From Candidatus Kaiserbacteria bacterium (GTDB lineage: Bacteria > Patescibacteriota > Minisyncoccia > Phycocordibacterales > UBA2100): DNA of 64,000 bases. Positions 24,634-33,900 of this stretch are shown here, one piece after another. The number at the start of each line of letters is the position of its first letter. The first letter of the stretch is position 1. Under the pieces are notes generated by a model. That model was given only the letters and a program-made list of their open reading frames with translations. It did not search any database and was not told where the DNA came from. The position numbers and the translations under genes were made by a program. The DNA lies in the NCBI GenBank assembly GCA_017134395.1, contig CP070993.1, positions 23,231-87,230 of the forward strand, in the 5' to 3' direction.

Positions 24634-26613
24634 TTACGCAACAACTTCCCAGTCTAGTTCGCGTGCATCGAGACTTACATTTTTAAGACGAACTTGAACA
24701 TCGTCGCCAATACGGTATCGTTTGCCGCTTTTTCGTCCTACGAGCGCATATTGCTTTTCATCAAGTTCAAACCAGTCATGTGGGATAGCATTTACGCGAA
24801 CCATACCCTCGGCATGGGTAGTATTTTCAGCAATAAACATTCCTCCTTTGGTAACACCAGTCACTTTACCCTCAAAAATATCACCAACGCGGCTGCTCAT
24901 GTATTCTACTTGTTTGAATTTTACAGACTCGCGTTCTGCGCTCACTGCTTCGACTTCGCGTTGACTCGAAGCAATGGCGAGCTGTCTGTATGCTGCAATC
25001 TCATCTGCTGGGATTGGTGAGTCATCAAGGTGAGCCATAAGTATTCGATGGACAATCATATCTGGGTAACGTCGAATAGGGGAAGTGAAGTGTGTGTAGT
25101 GCTTAAACCCAAGTGAGAAGTGTCCGATGTTTTTGTCACTATATACTGCTTTTGCCATTGAGCGTAGCGTTGCCATTTGTACCACTGCTTCCTCAGGAGT
25201 TCCCTTAATATCTCGCATAAGTTCTGCAAGGTCGCGTGCTTCTATTTGTCCAGGGTCTTTCTTACTTAAGTGTTCATGTCCAAGCGCACGTAAGAATACT
25301 GCGAGTTCTGCAAGTTTGTCTGACTTAGGCAAGTCGTGAATACGGTACACAAACATAGAAGCGGACGGATTCTTTCCTTTGCAGTGCTCTGCGATGTGCT
25401 TTGCAACGCGGCGGTTGGCCAGAAGCATGAATTCTTCGATAAGCTTCATAGTATTGAGCTTTTCTTTTATATAGGCCTTCAGTGGCTTCCCGTTTTCATC
25501 AAGCTCAAATTGAATCTCATCACTCTCAAATTCAATTGCTCCGTCAGCAACTCGTTGCTTACGAAGAATACTCGAGAGATCCCAAAGGGTTTTTAGGTCT
25601 TTATCGTATGGAGCAAGAGGGGTACCTGTTGTGTTGTCGAGTACATCTTGTGCTGTTCTATAGGTGAATCGTTTATCTGAGTTTATCAGTGTCTTTGCAA
25701 AAGCTTGGTTTACGACACGAGCGTTTTTATCAAGTTCAAAAATTGCAGCAAATGCCCGCTTGTCTTGATTTGGGTTTAAACTACACAGATCATTTGAAAT
25801 AACTTCAGGAAGCATAGGAATCGTTCTGTCTACAAGATATACCGAAGTACCTCGTTTTCGAGCTTCATTATCGAGTTTTGTGCCTGGTCGAACAAAGTGT
25901 GTGACATCAGCAATGTGTATACCTATCTCGTAGTTACCGTTTGGTAGTTCGCGTATTGAAAGTGCGTCATCAAAGTCTTTCGCATCATGTGGGTCGATGG
26001 TAAAAGTAGGTACGTCACGGAAGTCTTTGCGCCATTTCATTTCATCTTCGGTAACTCCACGCTCACTTAAGAGAGTTTGAGCTTCAGCTTCGACTTCGCT
26101 AGGGAATCCACTTACAAAACCACGTTCAAGCAAAATCGCTTTCATTTCAGTTTCGTGATCACCTGATTCACCAATAATTTCTATAATACGAGCCTTTGGT
26201 AATTCGTCTGCACGTTCCCACGATGTCATTTCAATAAGTACTTTGTGTCCGGCGTGAACATCAGCTGGTATATCTTCTAGTACAAAGGGGGAGTACACCC
26301 GTTGGTTGTCTGGCTTTATTTTCCAAACGCTTCCTTCTTTGAGGACTTGGCCAACAAACTGATACTGCGCTCGCTCTACTACTTTGAGCACCTTTCCGCT
26401 ACTACGCTTATCGCGTGGACTTGGTGGTAAAAGGGTAATCTCTACAGTGTCTCCGTTTAGTGCTGTGTTGAGGTTGCTGTTGTGTATGTATACATCGTCT
26501 TCTAAATCTGCATGCATAAAAAAACCGAAGCCACCTTTAGTGACAGTTATAATCCCGCTTAATGGCACCTCGCTTTTGTGGGAAGCCTTGTTTGTTTTTT
26601 CTTTATGTTGCAT
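24634..26613 (-). CDS. Second RNase R / RNase II family exoribonuclease paralog (659 aa)
   Basis: RNB motifs (DPHDAKDFDDALSI, HFSLGFKHYTHFTSPIRRYPDMIVHR) and a C-terminal S1 domain (GDIFEGKVTGVTKGGMFIAENTTHAEGMVRV). Confidence 0.85.
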   Translation of the reverse strand: MQHKEKTNKASHKSEVPLSGIITVTKGGFGFFMHADLEDDVYIHNSNLNTALNGDTVEITLLPPSPRDKRSSGKVLKVVERAQYQFVGQVLKEGSVWKIKPDNQRVYSPFVLEDIPADVHAGHKVLIEMTSWERADELPKARIIEIIGESGDHETEMKAILLERGFVSGFPSEVEAEAQTLLSERGVTEDEMKWRKDFRDVPTFTIDPHDAKDFDDALSIRELPNGNYEIGIHIADVTHFVRPGTKLDNEARKRGTSVYLVDRTIPMLPEVISNDLCSLNPNQDKRAFAAIFELDKNARVVNQAFAKTLINSDKRFTYRTAQDVLDNTTGTPLAPYDKDLKTLWDLSSILRKQRVADGAIEFESDEIQFELDENGKPLKAYIKEKLNTMKLIEEFMLLANRRVAKHIAEHCKGKNPSASMFVYRIHDLPKSDKLAELAVFLRALGHEHLSKKDPGQIEARDLAELMRDIKGTPEEAVVQMATLRSMAKAVYSDKNIGHFSLGFKHYTHFTSPIRRYPDMIVHRILMAHLDDSPIPADEIAAYRQLAIASSQREVEAVSAERESVKFKQVEYMSSRVGDIFEGKVTGVTKGGMFIAENTTHAEGMVRVNAIPHDWFELDEKQYALVGRKSGKRYRIGDDVQVRLKNVSLDARELDWEVVA

Positions 26614-26915
26614 AACCCTCTATCAACAGCAGTAAACTGATGCACGCATGATACCATCATATGAGTTGATCTTTACTTTCCGTGATTGGAAAGTGATGGG
26701 CGCTCCCTTATTTTAGGGGGCGTCTAATAATATCTGCGTTTGATGCACTAGATATACCATTAAGTAGCAATAAATGCACTCAAAATAAGGAGTTCTTCTT
26801 TTTACACGCGGATACATTATATAGAGTGTAACGCACTGATAGTTACGTACGACTCGCCAAGTATAGACATTAAAGGATATTTTGTTATAGTTGCGCTCAT
26901 TCATTCATTGAAGAT

Positions 26916-27398
26916 ATGTTAAAAATACGATTACAACGAATTGGTAGAAAAAACGACCCCTCATTCCGTGTGGTGGTGACTGAACATACCCGTGGTCCTA
27001 AGAGCGAAAAGCACGTAGACCGTGTAGGATTTTATAACCCAAAAACAAAAGAACAGAAGCTTGATGAAGTGCGCATTAAGCATTGGATAGAGAATGGTGC
27101 ACAAGCAAGTGGCACAGTACACAACATGCTCGTAAAGGCTGGAATCATTAAGGCTGACACTATCAACGTATTGCCTCAGAAATCACCAGTTGTTAAGGAG
27201 CAAGCTGAAGAAGAAAGGAAAGAAGAAGGAGCTCCTGCTGAAGAAGGGGTCGAAGCACCTGCTGAAGATACAGCTGAAGCAGCTCCAGAAGAAGCAAAAG
27301 TAGAAGAGCCTGCTGCAGACGTAGCACCAGCCGAAGAGGTGGAAGCTCCTGAAACAGAAGAAGCTGCCGCAGAAGAAGAAAAGAAAGAAGAAGCATAA
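26916..27398 (+). CDS. rpsP: 30S ribosomal protein S16 with an acidic Ala/Glu/Pro-rich C-terminal extension (160 aa)
   Basis: MLKIRLQRIGRKNDPSFRVVV is the S16 N-terminus. C-terminal tail EEAKVEEPAADVAPAEEVEAPETEEAAAEEEKKEEA. Confidence 0.9.
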   Translation: MLKIRLQRIGRKNDPSFRVVVTEHTRGPKSEKHVDRVGFYNPKTKEQKLDEVRIKHWIENGAQASGTVHNMLVKAGIIKADTINVLPQKSPVVKEQAEEERKEEGAPAEEGVEAPAEDTAEAAPEEAKVEEPAADVAPAEEVEAPETEEAAAEEEKKEEA

Positions 27399-27489
27399 CA
27401 GCTCTCCGTTGACTTACCGCAATTGCATGCAATAATGCGTGTGCTGCTTTAGTCGCAGCACATTTTTAACAAATATAATTCAGATATTC

Positions 27490-27894
27490 ATGGAACAGGA
27501 TCAAGACTTTCTTGAGTTTGCAGTAAAGGCGTTGGTAGACAACCCCGCAGACGTTAAAGTAAACCGAACGGTAGACGAAATGGGTGTTCTTCTAACACTC
27601 GACGTACATAAGGACGATATGGGAAAGATTATCGGGCGTGCAGGTAATACTGCAAAAGCACTCCGAACACTTCTGCGTGTTGTAGGAATGAAAAACGATG
27701 CCCGCGTAAACCTAAAGATTAACGAGCCAGAAGGAGGGGAGCCACGTGAACGACGTGAAGAAGCTCCAGCTGCACAAGACGAAGTTGCAGAAACTCCAGA
27801 ACAAGCTGTTGCAAAAAAGGACGAGATGTCAGCAGAAGAGAAGAGTGCTGCTTCAAAGTCAGTTGACGAAGCAATGGAAGATTTAGGACTTTAA
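27490..27894 (+). CDS. KH-domain RNA-binding protein (YlqC/UPF0109-like) with an acidic C-terminal tail
   Basis: LVDNPADVKVNRTVDEMGVLLTLDVHKDDMGKIIGRAGNTAKALRTLLRVVG carries the KH motif GRAGNTAKAL. It holds the conserved position after rpsP. TATAAT at 27474-27479 lies just upstream; the listed start 27439 is GTG. Confidence 0.7.
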   Translation: MEQDQDFLEFAVKALVDNPADVKVNRTVDEMGVLLTLDVHKDDMGKIIGRAGNTAKALRTLLRVVGMKNDARVNLKINEPEGGEPRERREEAPAAQDEVAETPEQAVAKKDEMSAEEKSAASKSVDEAMEDLGL

Positions 27895-27913
27895 TTTTGT
27901 ACTAAAGAAATAT

Positions 27914-27945
27914 AAAACGCCGCGACCAACGCGGCGTTTTATGTT
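27914..27945 (+). terminator. Rho-independent terminator
   Basis: AAAACGCCGCG-ACCAA-CGCGGCGTTTT. Confidence 0.75.
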
Positions 27946-27960
27946 ATACATAATAAAATT

Positions 27961-28329
27961 ATGAATAAAAACACATTACATATAGATATAGATACTTCTG
28001 TTGAAGAACTCTTTGCATTTACCATAGATCCAAACAACACTGGTTCTTGGGTCGGTACAATAGAAAAAGAGATTGTTGATGCGTACCCTATTGGGCTTGG
28101 GACAATATATACGAATGACTTTTCGAAACTTGTCGTCTCGGCTTTTATCCCAAACGAGTTATTTGAGCTAAGTGAGATCAATGGGGAGTATAGAGTCCGA
28201 TATACATACACGTCGACAAAAGAGGGTTCTCATCTTGAATATGCTGAATGTATGAAAGATGGATCAGACTTAAATAAACCATTTGTGCAAGAGAATTTAG
28301 AGAAACTGAAGAAGGTGTTAGAAGAGTAA
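27961..28329 (+). CDS. hypothetical protein (122 aa) in the position normally held by rimM; possibly SRPBCC/Bet v1-like (weak)
   Basis: No PRC-barrel/RimM motifs are visible. It abuts trmD with a 5-nt gap. Confidence 0.45.
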   Translation: MNKNTLHIDIDTSVEELFAFTIDPNNTGSWVGTIEKEIVDAYPIGLGTIYTNDFSKLVVSAFIPNELFELSEINGEYRVRYTYTSTKEGSHLEYAECMKDGSDLNKPFVQENLEKLKKVLEE

Positions 28330-28334
28330 GATGT

Positions 28335-28985
28335 ATGACACATTTTCATTTAATTACATTGTTTCCAGAATCAATCGAGGGGTACTTTAATACCTCGATG
28401 CTTAAACGCGCACAACGCGATAAGAAGATTAAAGTTTCGTATTATAATCCCCGCGATTTTACGAAAGATAAACACAAGAGGATTGACCAAAAACCGTATG
28501 GCGGTGGTCCTGGAATGGTGCTTGAAGCCGAGAGTGTATTGAAGGCAGCACGCAAAGCTATTGGACGCAAAGATTTAAAAGATGTTGAGGTGATTTTCTT
28601 TTCACCAAGTGGAAAGCAGTTTGAACAAAAAGATGCGGTACGCTTAGCAAAGAAAAAGAAACACATTGTTTTTTTATGCGGACATTACGAAGGAATTGAC
28701 GCACGCGCCGTTAAAATATTGAAAGCAAAATCTGTTTCTGTTGGCCCATTTGTACTCACAGGAGGCGAGCTACCTGCGGCACTTGTAGCCGATGCGGTAA
28801 CGCGAAATATAGAAGGCGTATTAGGAAATGCAGAATCTCTTGAAGATACGCGAGTAGCAAGCCCTGAGGTGTATACACGGCCTGAAATTTTGAAATGGAA
28901 AGGGAAGAACTACAAGGTACCAAAGGTATTACTCTCGGGACACCATGCAAAAATTGAAGAGTGGAAAAAGAGGAAGCGGAAATAG
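28335..28985 (+). CDS. trmD: tRNA (guanine37-N1)-methyltransferase
   Basis: MTHFHLITLFPESIEGYFNTSMLKRAQ...YGGGPGMVL...FLCGHYEGIDARA; the SPOUT knot motifs are typical of TrmD. Confidence 0.9.
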   Translation: MTHFHLITLFPESIEGYFNTSMLKRAQRDKKIKVSYYNPRDFTKDKHKRIDQKPYGGGPGMVLEAESVLKAARKAIGRKDLKDVEVIFFSPSGKQFEQKDAVRLAKKKKHIVFLCGHYEGIDARAVKILKAKSVSVGPFVLTGGELPAALVADAVTRNIEGVLGNAESLEDTRVASPEVYTRPEILKWKGKNYKVPKVLLSGHHAKIEEWKKRKRK

Positions 28986-29047
28986 TATTGCACTAGTTCA
29001 AGAAAGGCTATAGTATCGATGGTAGATTCGTACGAAAGGAGAGACAA

Positions 29048-29344
29048 ATGGCAGATGTAACAAATGCGGTTAGTTTAAATCCCGAGGATTATCCAGAAGA
29101 CACGACGGTTTCTTTTAGGATTACAAATCCGGAAGTTACACTGAAGGCGAAAATTATTTCAGCCAGTTATCACGAAAAACTTGGCTGTTTACGTATCAAG
29201 ATTCGTCCTGACAACAGTCCGTATGGAGATTACGAGAACATCTCGTATTATGAAGCCAGTGGTGAGTGCATCTTTCGGTTCAAACCTGAAGGTGGGAAAC
29301 CAAAAGGGCTGGAGTTGCTCGGGACGCTGACTGTCGTCACGTAA
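29048..29344 (+). CDS. hypothetical protein (98 aa)
   Basis: ORF with no recognisable motif. Followed by a bidirectional terminator. Confidence 0.45.
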   Translation: MADVTNAVSLNPEDYPEDTTVSFRITNPEVTLKAKIISASYHEKLGCLRIKIRPDNSPYGDYENISYYEASGECIFRFKPEGGKPKGLELLGTLTVVT

Positions 29345-29361
29345 GATGTCTCAAAAGAAAC

Positions 29362-29396
29362 AAAACCCGAATCGCAAAGCGATTCGGGTTTTTTGT
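29362..29396. terminator. Bidirectional rho-independent terminator
   Basis: AAACCCGAATCGC-AAA-GCGATTCGGGTTT followed by TTTTG. Confidence 0.75.
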
Positions 29397-29418
29397 AACT
29401 AAAGATCTACCCCTCCTT

Positions 29419-29597
29419 TTATCCCACCTTTTCAATTGGGCGTCTAGGCTCCTTCTTTGACCCTTTGCAGTTTGGGCAAGTGAGATCTTTGTTGTCAGGA
29501 TTTGTGTGTGGTGGAGCGGCTATCGTACCTGAACCATCACACGACTGACAATCAATGAGAGCAGATTTGGTCGTGTTTGGATGAGATTTTGGCATGC
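29419..29597 (-). CDS. Small zinc-ribbon protein (59 aa; CxxC...CxxC)
   Basis: Strong SD AAGGAGG 5 nt before ATG at 29597. Product MPKSHPNTTKSALIDCQSCDGSGTIAAPPHTNPDNKDLTCPNCKGSKKEPRRPIEKVG. The listed ORF start 29811 is an extension. Upstream promoter-like TTGCAA-N17-TATGTT. Confidence 0.5.
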
Positions 29598-29652
29598 CAA
29601 CCTCCTTTTGCCTGCTATAGAACATACACAAGGTTTTAGTAATTTGCAAAGT

Positions 29653-29686
29653 AAAAACCCGCACGAATGAATTCGTGCGAGTTTTG
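29653..29686. terminator. Rho-independent terminator (bidirectional) downstream of the 29703-29957 gene
   Basis: CGCACGAAT-GA-ATTCGTGCG, flanked by AAAAACCC on the left and AGTTTTG on the right. Confidence 0.6.
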
Positions 29687-29702
29687 TCTGATCTAAGCGT
29701 TT

Positions 29703-29957
29703 CTACACCCAGCATTCTATGTGAATAGACAGTGCCGCCCATCCGACACATAGAATTGCTTGGATCATTACAGAAACAAGAAAGCAGTAACCTGAGATTG
29801 CTTTCAACCAATCAAGTTGCGTACGGTATGCCCATGCAAAAAGCAAAATACTCACTAAACAGACAGATAACAAAACGTACGTTCCATACACCAATATGTC
29901 TGCGAACAGTTCATACAGTGCCGGGTACTCACTGACTGATAGACAGGTACCCTCCAT
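29703..29957 (-). CDS. Small two-TM membrane protein (84 aa), hypothetical
   Basis: SD AAAAGGAGA 6 nt before ATG 29957. Two hydrophobic helices. Confidence 0.45.
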   Translation of the reverse strand: MEGTCLSVSEYPALYELFADILVYGTYVLLSVCLVSILLFAWAYRTQLDWLKAISGYCFLVSVMIQAILCVGWAALSIHIECWV

Positions 29958-30017
29958 GTGTATCTCCTTTTCTTCTGAGGTAACCCTAACATGCGAGTAG
30001 TACTAAGGAAATTATAT

Positions 30018-30078
30018 AAAAACATCCAATTAATTGGATGTTTTTAAGTTTACGTAGGTATTTACGTAAATACCTACG
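30018..30078. repeat. Two adjacent perfect palindromes in a divergent promoter region: AAAAACATCCAATTAATTGGATGTTTTT (30018-30045) and CGTAGGTATTTACGTAAATACCTACG (30053-30078)
   Basis: Read directly. They lie between divergent starts at 29957 (-) and 30102 (+), so they do not function as terminators. Candidate operator sites. Confidence 0.85.
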
Positions 30079-30101
30079 AAGACATGATAGAATGACTTAC
30101 T

Positions 30102-30287
30102 ATGAAGACGAGAAAGCGACTTGGAGAAAATCTTGTTCGTAAATTATCTAAGATTGGAGGATTTAGCTATGGGGTAACATTACCTATAGATATTATCCGG
30201 AAGTTTAAATGGCGTGAACGGCAGAAACTAAAGCTCACCATCGATGAAAAGAAAAATCGAATTATTATCGAAGACTGGAAGAAGTAG
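30102..30287 (+). CDS. AbrB/MazE/SpoVT-family (swapped-hairpin) DNA-binding protein, 61 aa
   Basis: Pattern ...LVRKLSKIGGFSYGVTLPIDIIRKF...KLKLTIDEKKNRIIIE fits the AbrB/MazE fold signature. -10 TAGAAT at 30088-30093 sits 8 nt before the ATG (leaderless). Confidence 0.5.
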   Translation: MKTRKRLGENLVRKLSKIGGFSYGVTLPIDIIRKFKWRERQKLKLTIDEKKNRIIIEDWKK

Positions 30288-30289
30288 AT

Positions 30290-30730
30290 ATGGCGCATAT
30301 TCATGAGAAGATAGATTTTACTGTTGAGGTGTTTGTTGTGTATCAAGGTAAAGTTTTGTTACGTAAACATGATAAATATGACATCTGGATTTCAGTTGGC
30401 GGGCACGTGGAACTTGATGAAGACCCAAACGAAGCTGCAATTCGTGAAGTAAAAGAAGAAGTCGGTTTGGACGTTACACTTTTTGATAACCGTGAGTATT
30501 TTGAAGAAGGAGATTTTAAGGAATTGATAGCACCTGTGTCACTTAATCGTCACAAAATCTCTGATACTCATGAACATATTTCGCTAATTTATTTCGCACA
30601 GGCAAAAACCGATGCTGTTATTCCAGAAAAAGAGACTGATGAGTGGCGATGGCTTACCAAAGAAGAAATTGAAGATTTCCCCGAACTTCGCGAGCAAGTT
30701 AGATTTTATGCATTGAAGGCACTAAACTAA
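30290..30730 (+). CDS. NUDIX hydrolase (146 aa)
   Basis: Nudix box GGHVELDEDPNEAAIREVKEEVGLDV. The start is 3 nt after the upstream gene stop, suggesting translational coupling. Confidence 0.75.
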   Translation: MAHIHEKIDFTVEVFVVYQGKVLLRKHDKYDIWISVGGHVELDEDPNEAAIREVKEEVGLDVTLFDNREYFEEGDFKELIAPVSLNRHKISDTHEHISLIYFAQAKTDAVIPEKETDEWRWLTKEEIEDFPELREQVRFYALKALN

Positions 30731-30744
30731 TACATATAGTAAGA

Positions 30745-30773
30745 TTGACACTTTTGGGCTGGTCCTGTAGAAT
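30745..30773 (+). promoter_or_regulatory. Consensus-like sigma70 promoter TTGACA-N17-TAGAAT for rpoB, giving a leader of about 180 nt
   Basis: TTGACA at 30745-30750 and TAGAAT at 30768-30773. The leader contains hairpin GTTAAGCG...CAGC-ATCTA-GCTG-CGCTTAAC at about 30851-30888. Confidence 0.65.
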
Positions 30774-30953
30774 ACTCGGCATCTTTTTGTGGATTGTGTT
30801 GTGGCAAGTTTCTTGGGTGAGGCTGTGTTACGAAAAGTATTTTTAATACATGGTTAAGCGGTTTAAACAGCATCTAGCTGCGCTTAACTCCTTTATAAAT
30901 AGAGTGTAATTTAAAAGCGAGACACCTCGTACGGGGTTGTTATTGCTCTAATT

Positions 30954-33900
30954 GTGTATATGAGTAACACTGCATTACCGAAGAAACACTTCGGCAAGTT
31001 CACGGAGAACCTTGTTGAAACGCCCAACCTTGTACGCGAACAAATCGATTCGTACAAGCGACTATTAGAAGAAGGTATTAAGTCTGTCTTCGAAGAGTTC
31101 TCACCGATTGCTGATTATTCTGGCAAGAAGTTTGATCTCGACATTTCTCACTTTACCATTGGTAAACCTGAGTATGATGAACACTACGCTAAGTTTAAAC
31201 GACTTACGTACAAAGTTCCGCTTCGCATTGAAGCAAAACTCACCAACAAAACGACTGGTGAGAAGAAGACGCAAGAAATCTTTCTTGCAGATTTCCCATA
31301 CATGACCGACCACGGTACGTTCATCATCAATGGTGTTGAACGTGTGGTTGTTCCACAGCTTGCCCGTTCGTACGGTGTTTTCTTCTTGAAGAACCTTATG
31401 AAAGGATCTGAGTACTTTGGTGCAAAGATTATTCCAGCTCGCGGTGCATGGGTAGAGGTGGAGAGTGAACCAGATGGAGCTATTTACGTAAAAATCGACC
31501 GAAAGCGGAAATTCCCAGTCACAACGCTTCTTAAAGTATTTGGGCTTGAAGACGAGAAGGCAATGCTCAAGGCATTTAAGGGAGTAGAAGGAGCCGAAGA
31601 AGCCATTAAAACATCTTTGGAAAACGACCTGACAGAAACAACAGCTGATGCGTTTATTGAAGTATACAAACGACTGCGCGATGGAGATTTAGCAACACCA
31701 GACAGTGCTCGCGAATTTGTACTATCTATCTTTAGCAAGGAGCGATACGATCTTTCACGCGTTGGACGGTACCAGTTCAATCATCGTTTCGACCTCAAGT
31801 CAGAAGGAAAAGCGCTCGACGAACAAACACTTTCAACTGATGATGTTGTTCGTATTGTGTCTCAAATAATTACACTCAACAACACAAAGGGAGCTCGTGA
31901 AGACGACATCGACCACCTTGGTTTCCGTCGTGTTCGTTATGTTGGCGAAATGATGCAGCACCAAGTACGTATCGGTATGAGTCGCATGAAGCGAAACATC
32001 CAAGATCGTATGTCTACAGTGGATGCAGAAACTATTCTCCCAATACAATTCATAAACCCACGTCCATTCTCAGCTGCAGTTATGGAGTTCTTTTCCACAA
32101 ACCAGCTTTCACAGTTCATGGACCAAAACAATATTTTAGGAGAACTTGAACATCTTCGTACACTTAGTGCACTTGGTCCGGGAGGGCTTACTCGAGAGCG
32201 TGCTGGGTTTGATGTACGTGACGTACACACAAGCCACTACGGACGACTTTGCCCGATTCAGACTCCTGAAGGTCAGAACATCGGTCTTATTCTGCGTCTT
32301 GCCGTACACGCACGGCTAAACGACTTTGGTATTATCGAAACACCATACGTGCGGGTTAAAAACGGTAAGGTAACTGATGAAATCGTATACCTTAACGCGC
32401 TTGATGATGAAAAATACTTCATTGCTCACGCTGCAACTGAACGTGACAAGAACGGAAAAATCACAGAAAAACTAATAGAGGTTCGTAAAAAGGGTGAGCC
32501 ATATTTTGTGGAACCCAAAGAAATTGAATTTATGGAGGTAGCAACAGGACAGGCGTTCTCAGTTGCAACAACTATGATTCCATTCCTAGAACACGATGAT
32601 GCTAACCGATCACTTATGGGAAGTAACATGCAAAAGCAGGCGACTCCATGTATCGTCCCTGAAATTCCCTATGTTGCCACAGGTATTGAAGAAAATGCAG
32701 CACGTGACTCAGGACGTTTGGTTATCGCTGACGAAGCAGGAACAGTAACGTACGCTGACGCACGAAGAGTATCGGTAAAGAATGCAAAAGGAAAAGAAAA
32801 GGAATACAAACTTGTCTCATTCTCACGAACAAACAACATGTCATTATTCCACCAGCGTGTTGCGGTGAAGGTTGGAGACAAACTAAAACGAGGTGACGTT
32901 ATTGCGGACACTTCTTCAAGTGTAGGTGGGCAAATTGCTATTGGACAAAACGCACGTATTGCGTTCATGTCTTGGGCAGGAGCCAACTACGAGGACGCTA
33001 TCGTTATTTCAGAGCGTCTAGTAAAAGACAGTAAATTTACTTCAGTTCACGTTGAAGAGTTTGTTGCGTACGTACGTGATACAAAACTTGGTGCTGAAGT
33101 GACAACCTACGATATTCCAAACGTATCAGAAACAAAGCTCCGTAACTTAGACGAAGAAGGTGTGGTGCGCATTGGTGCTGAAATTCGCGCAGGGGACATT
33201 TTGGTAGGTAAAGTAACACCTAAGGGTGAGACACAGCTTACTCCAGAAGAACGATTGCTTCGTTCTATCTTTGGTGAGAAGGCAAAGGATGTAAAAGATA
33301 CATCCCTTCGAATGGAGGCTGGAAAGCGTGGTCGCGTTGTGGGAGTACGAATATTCTCACGAGAAAATGGAGACCAGCTTGAAAGTGGAATCATAAAGCG
33401 CATTCACATTGAAGTGGCACAGCTGCGAAACATTTCAGTAGGAGACAAGCTCGCAGGACGTCACGGTAACAAGGGTGTTATTTCACGAGTTCTTCCAGAA
33501 GAAGATATGCCATACACAAAAGACGGTGAACCTATCGACATTATCCTTACACCGCTTGGAGTTCCATCACGTATGAACTTGGGGCAGATTTTGGAAATGC
33601 ATCTTGGTCTCGCGGCCGAAGAGCTTGGCTACCAAGCTATCGTTCCACCGTTCTCAGGAACAACAGAAGAAGAAATTACAAAAGAGTTGGTAGAAGCTGG
33701 ATTCCCAGAGTCAGGAAAGATTGTACTTCACGATGGACGAACAGGGGAAGCGTTTGACCAACCAATTGCGATAGGAAACATGTACATCCTGAAACTTCAC
33801 CACATGGTAGAAGACAAGATTCACATGCGTTCCGTTGGACCATACTCTATTACGACACAGCAACCTCTCGGTGGTAAAGCTCAAAACGGTGGGCAACGTA

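Noticed and set aside
26688-26706. GGAAAGTGATGGGCGCTCC, which resembles the RNase P RNA GGAAAGTCCGGGCTCC box, in the 300-bp region upstream of rpsP
   Set aside because: None of the other conserved RNase P or SRP RNA elements are present, and the region is too short. It is more likely a divergent promoter region.
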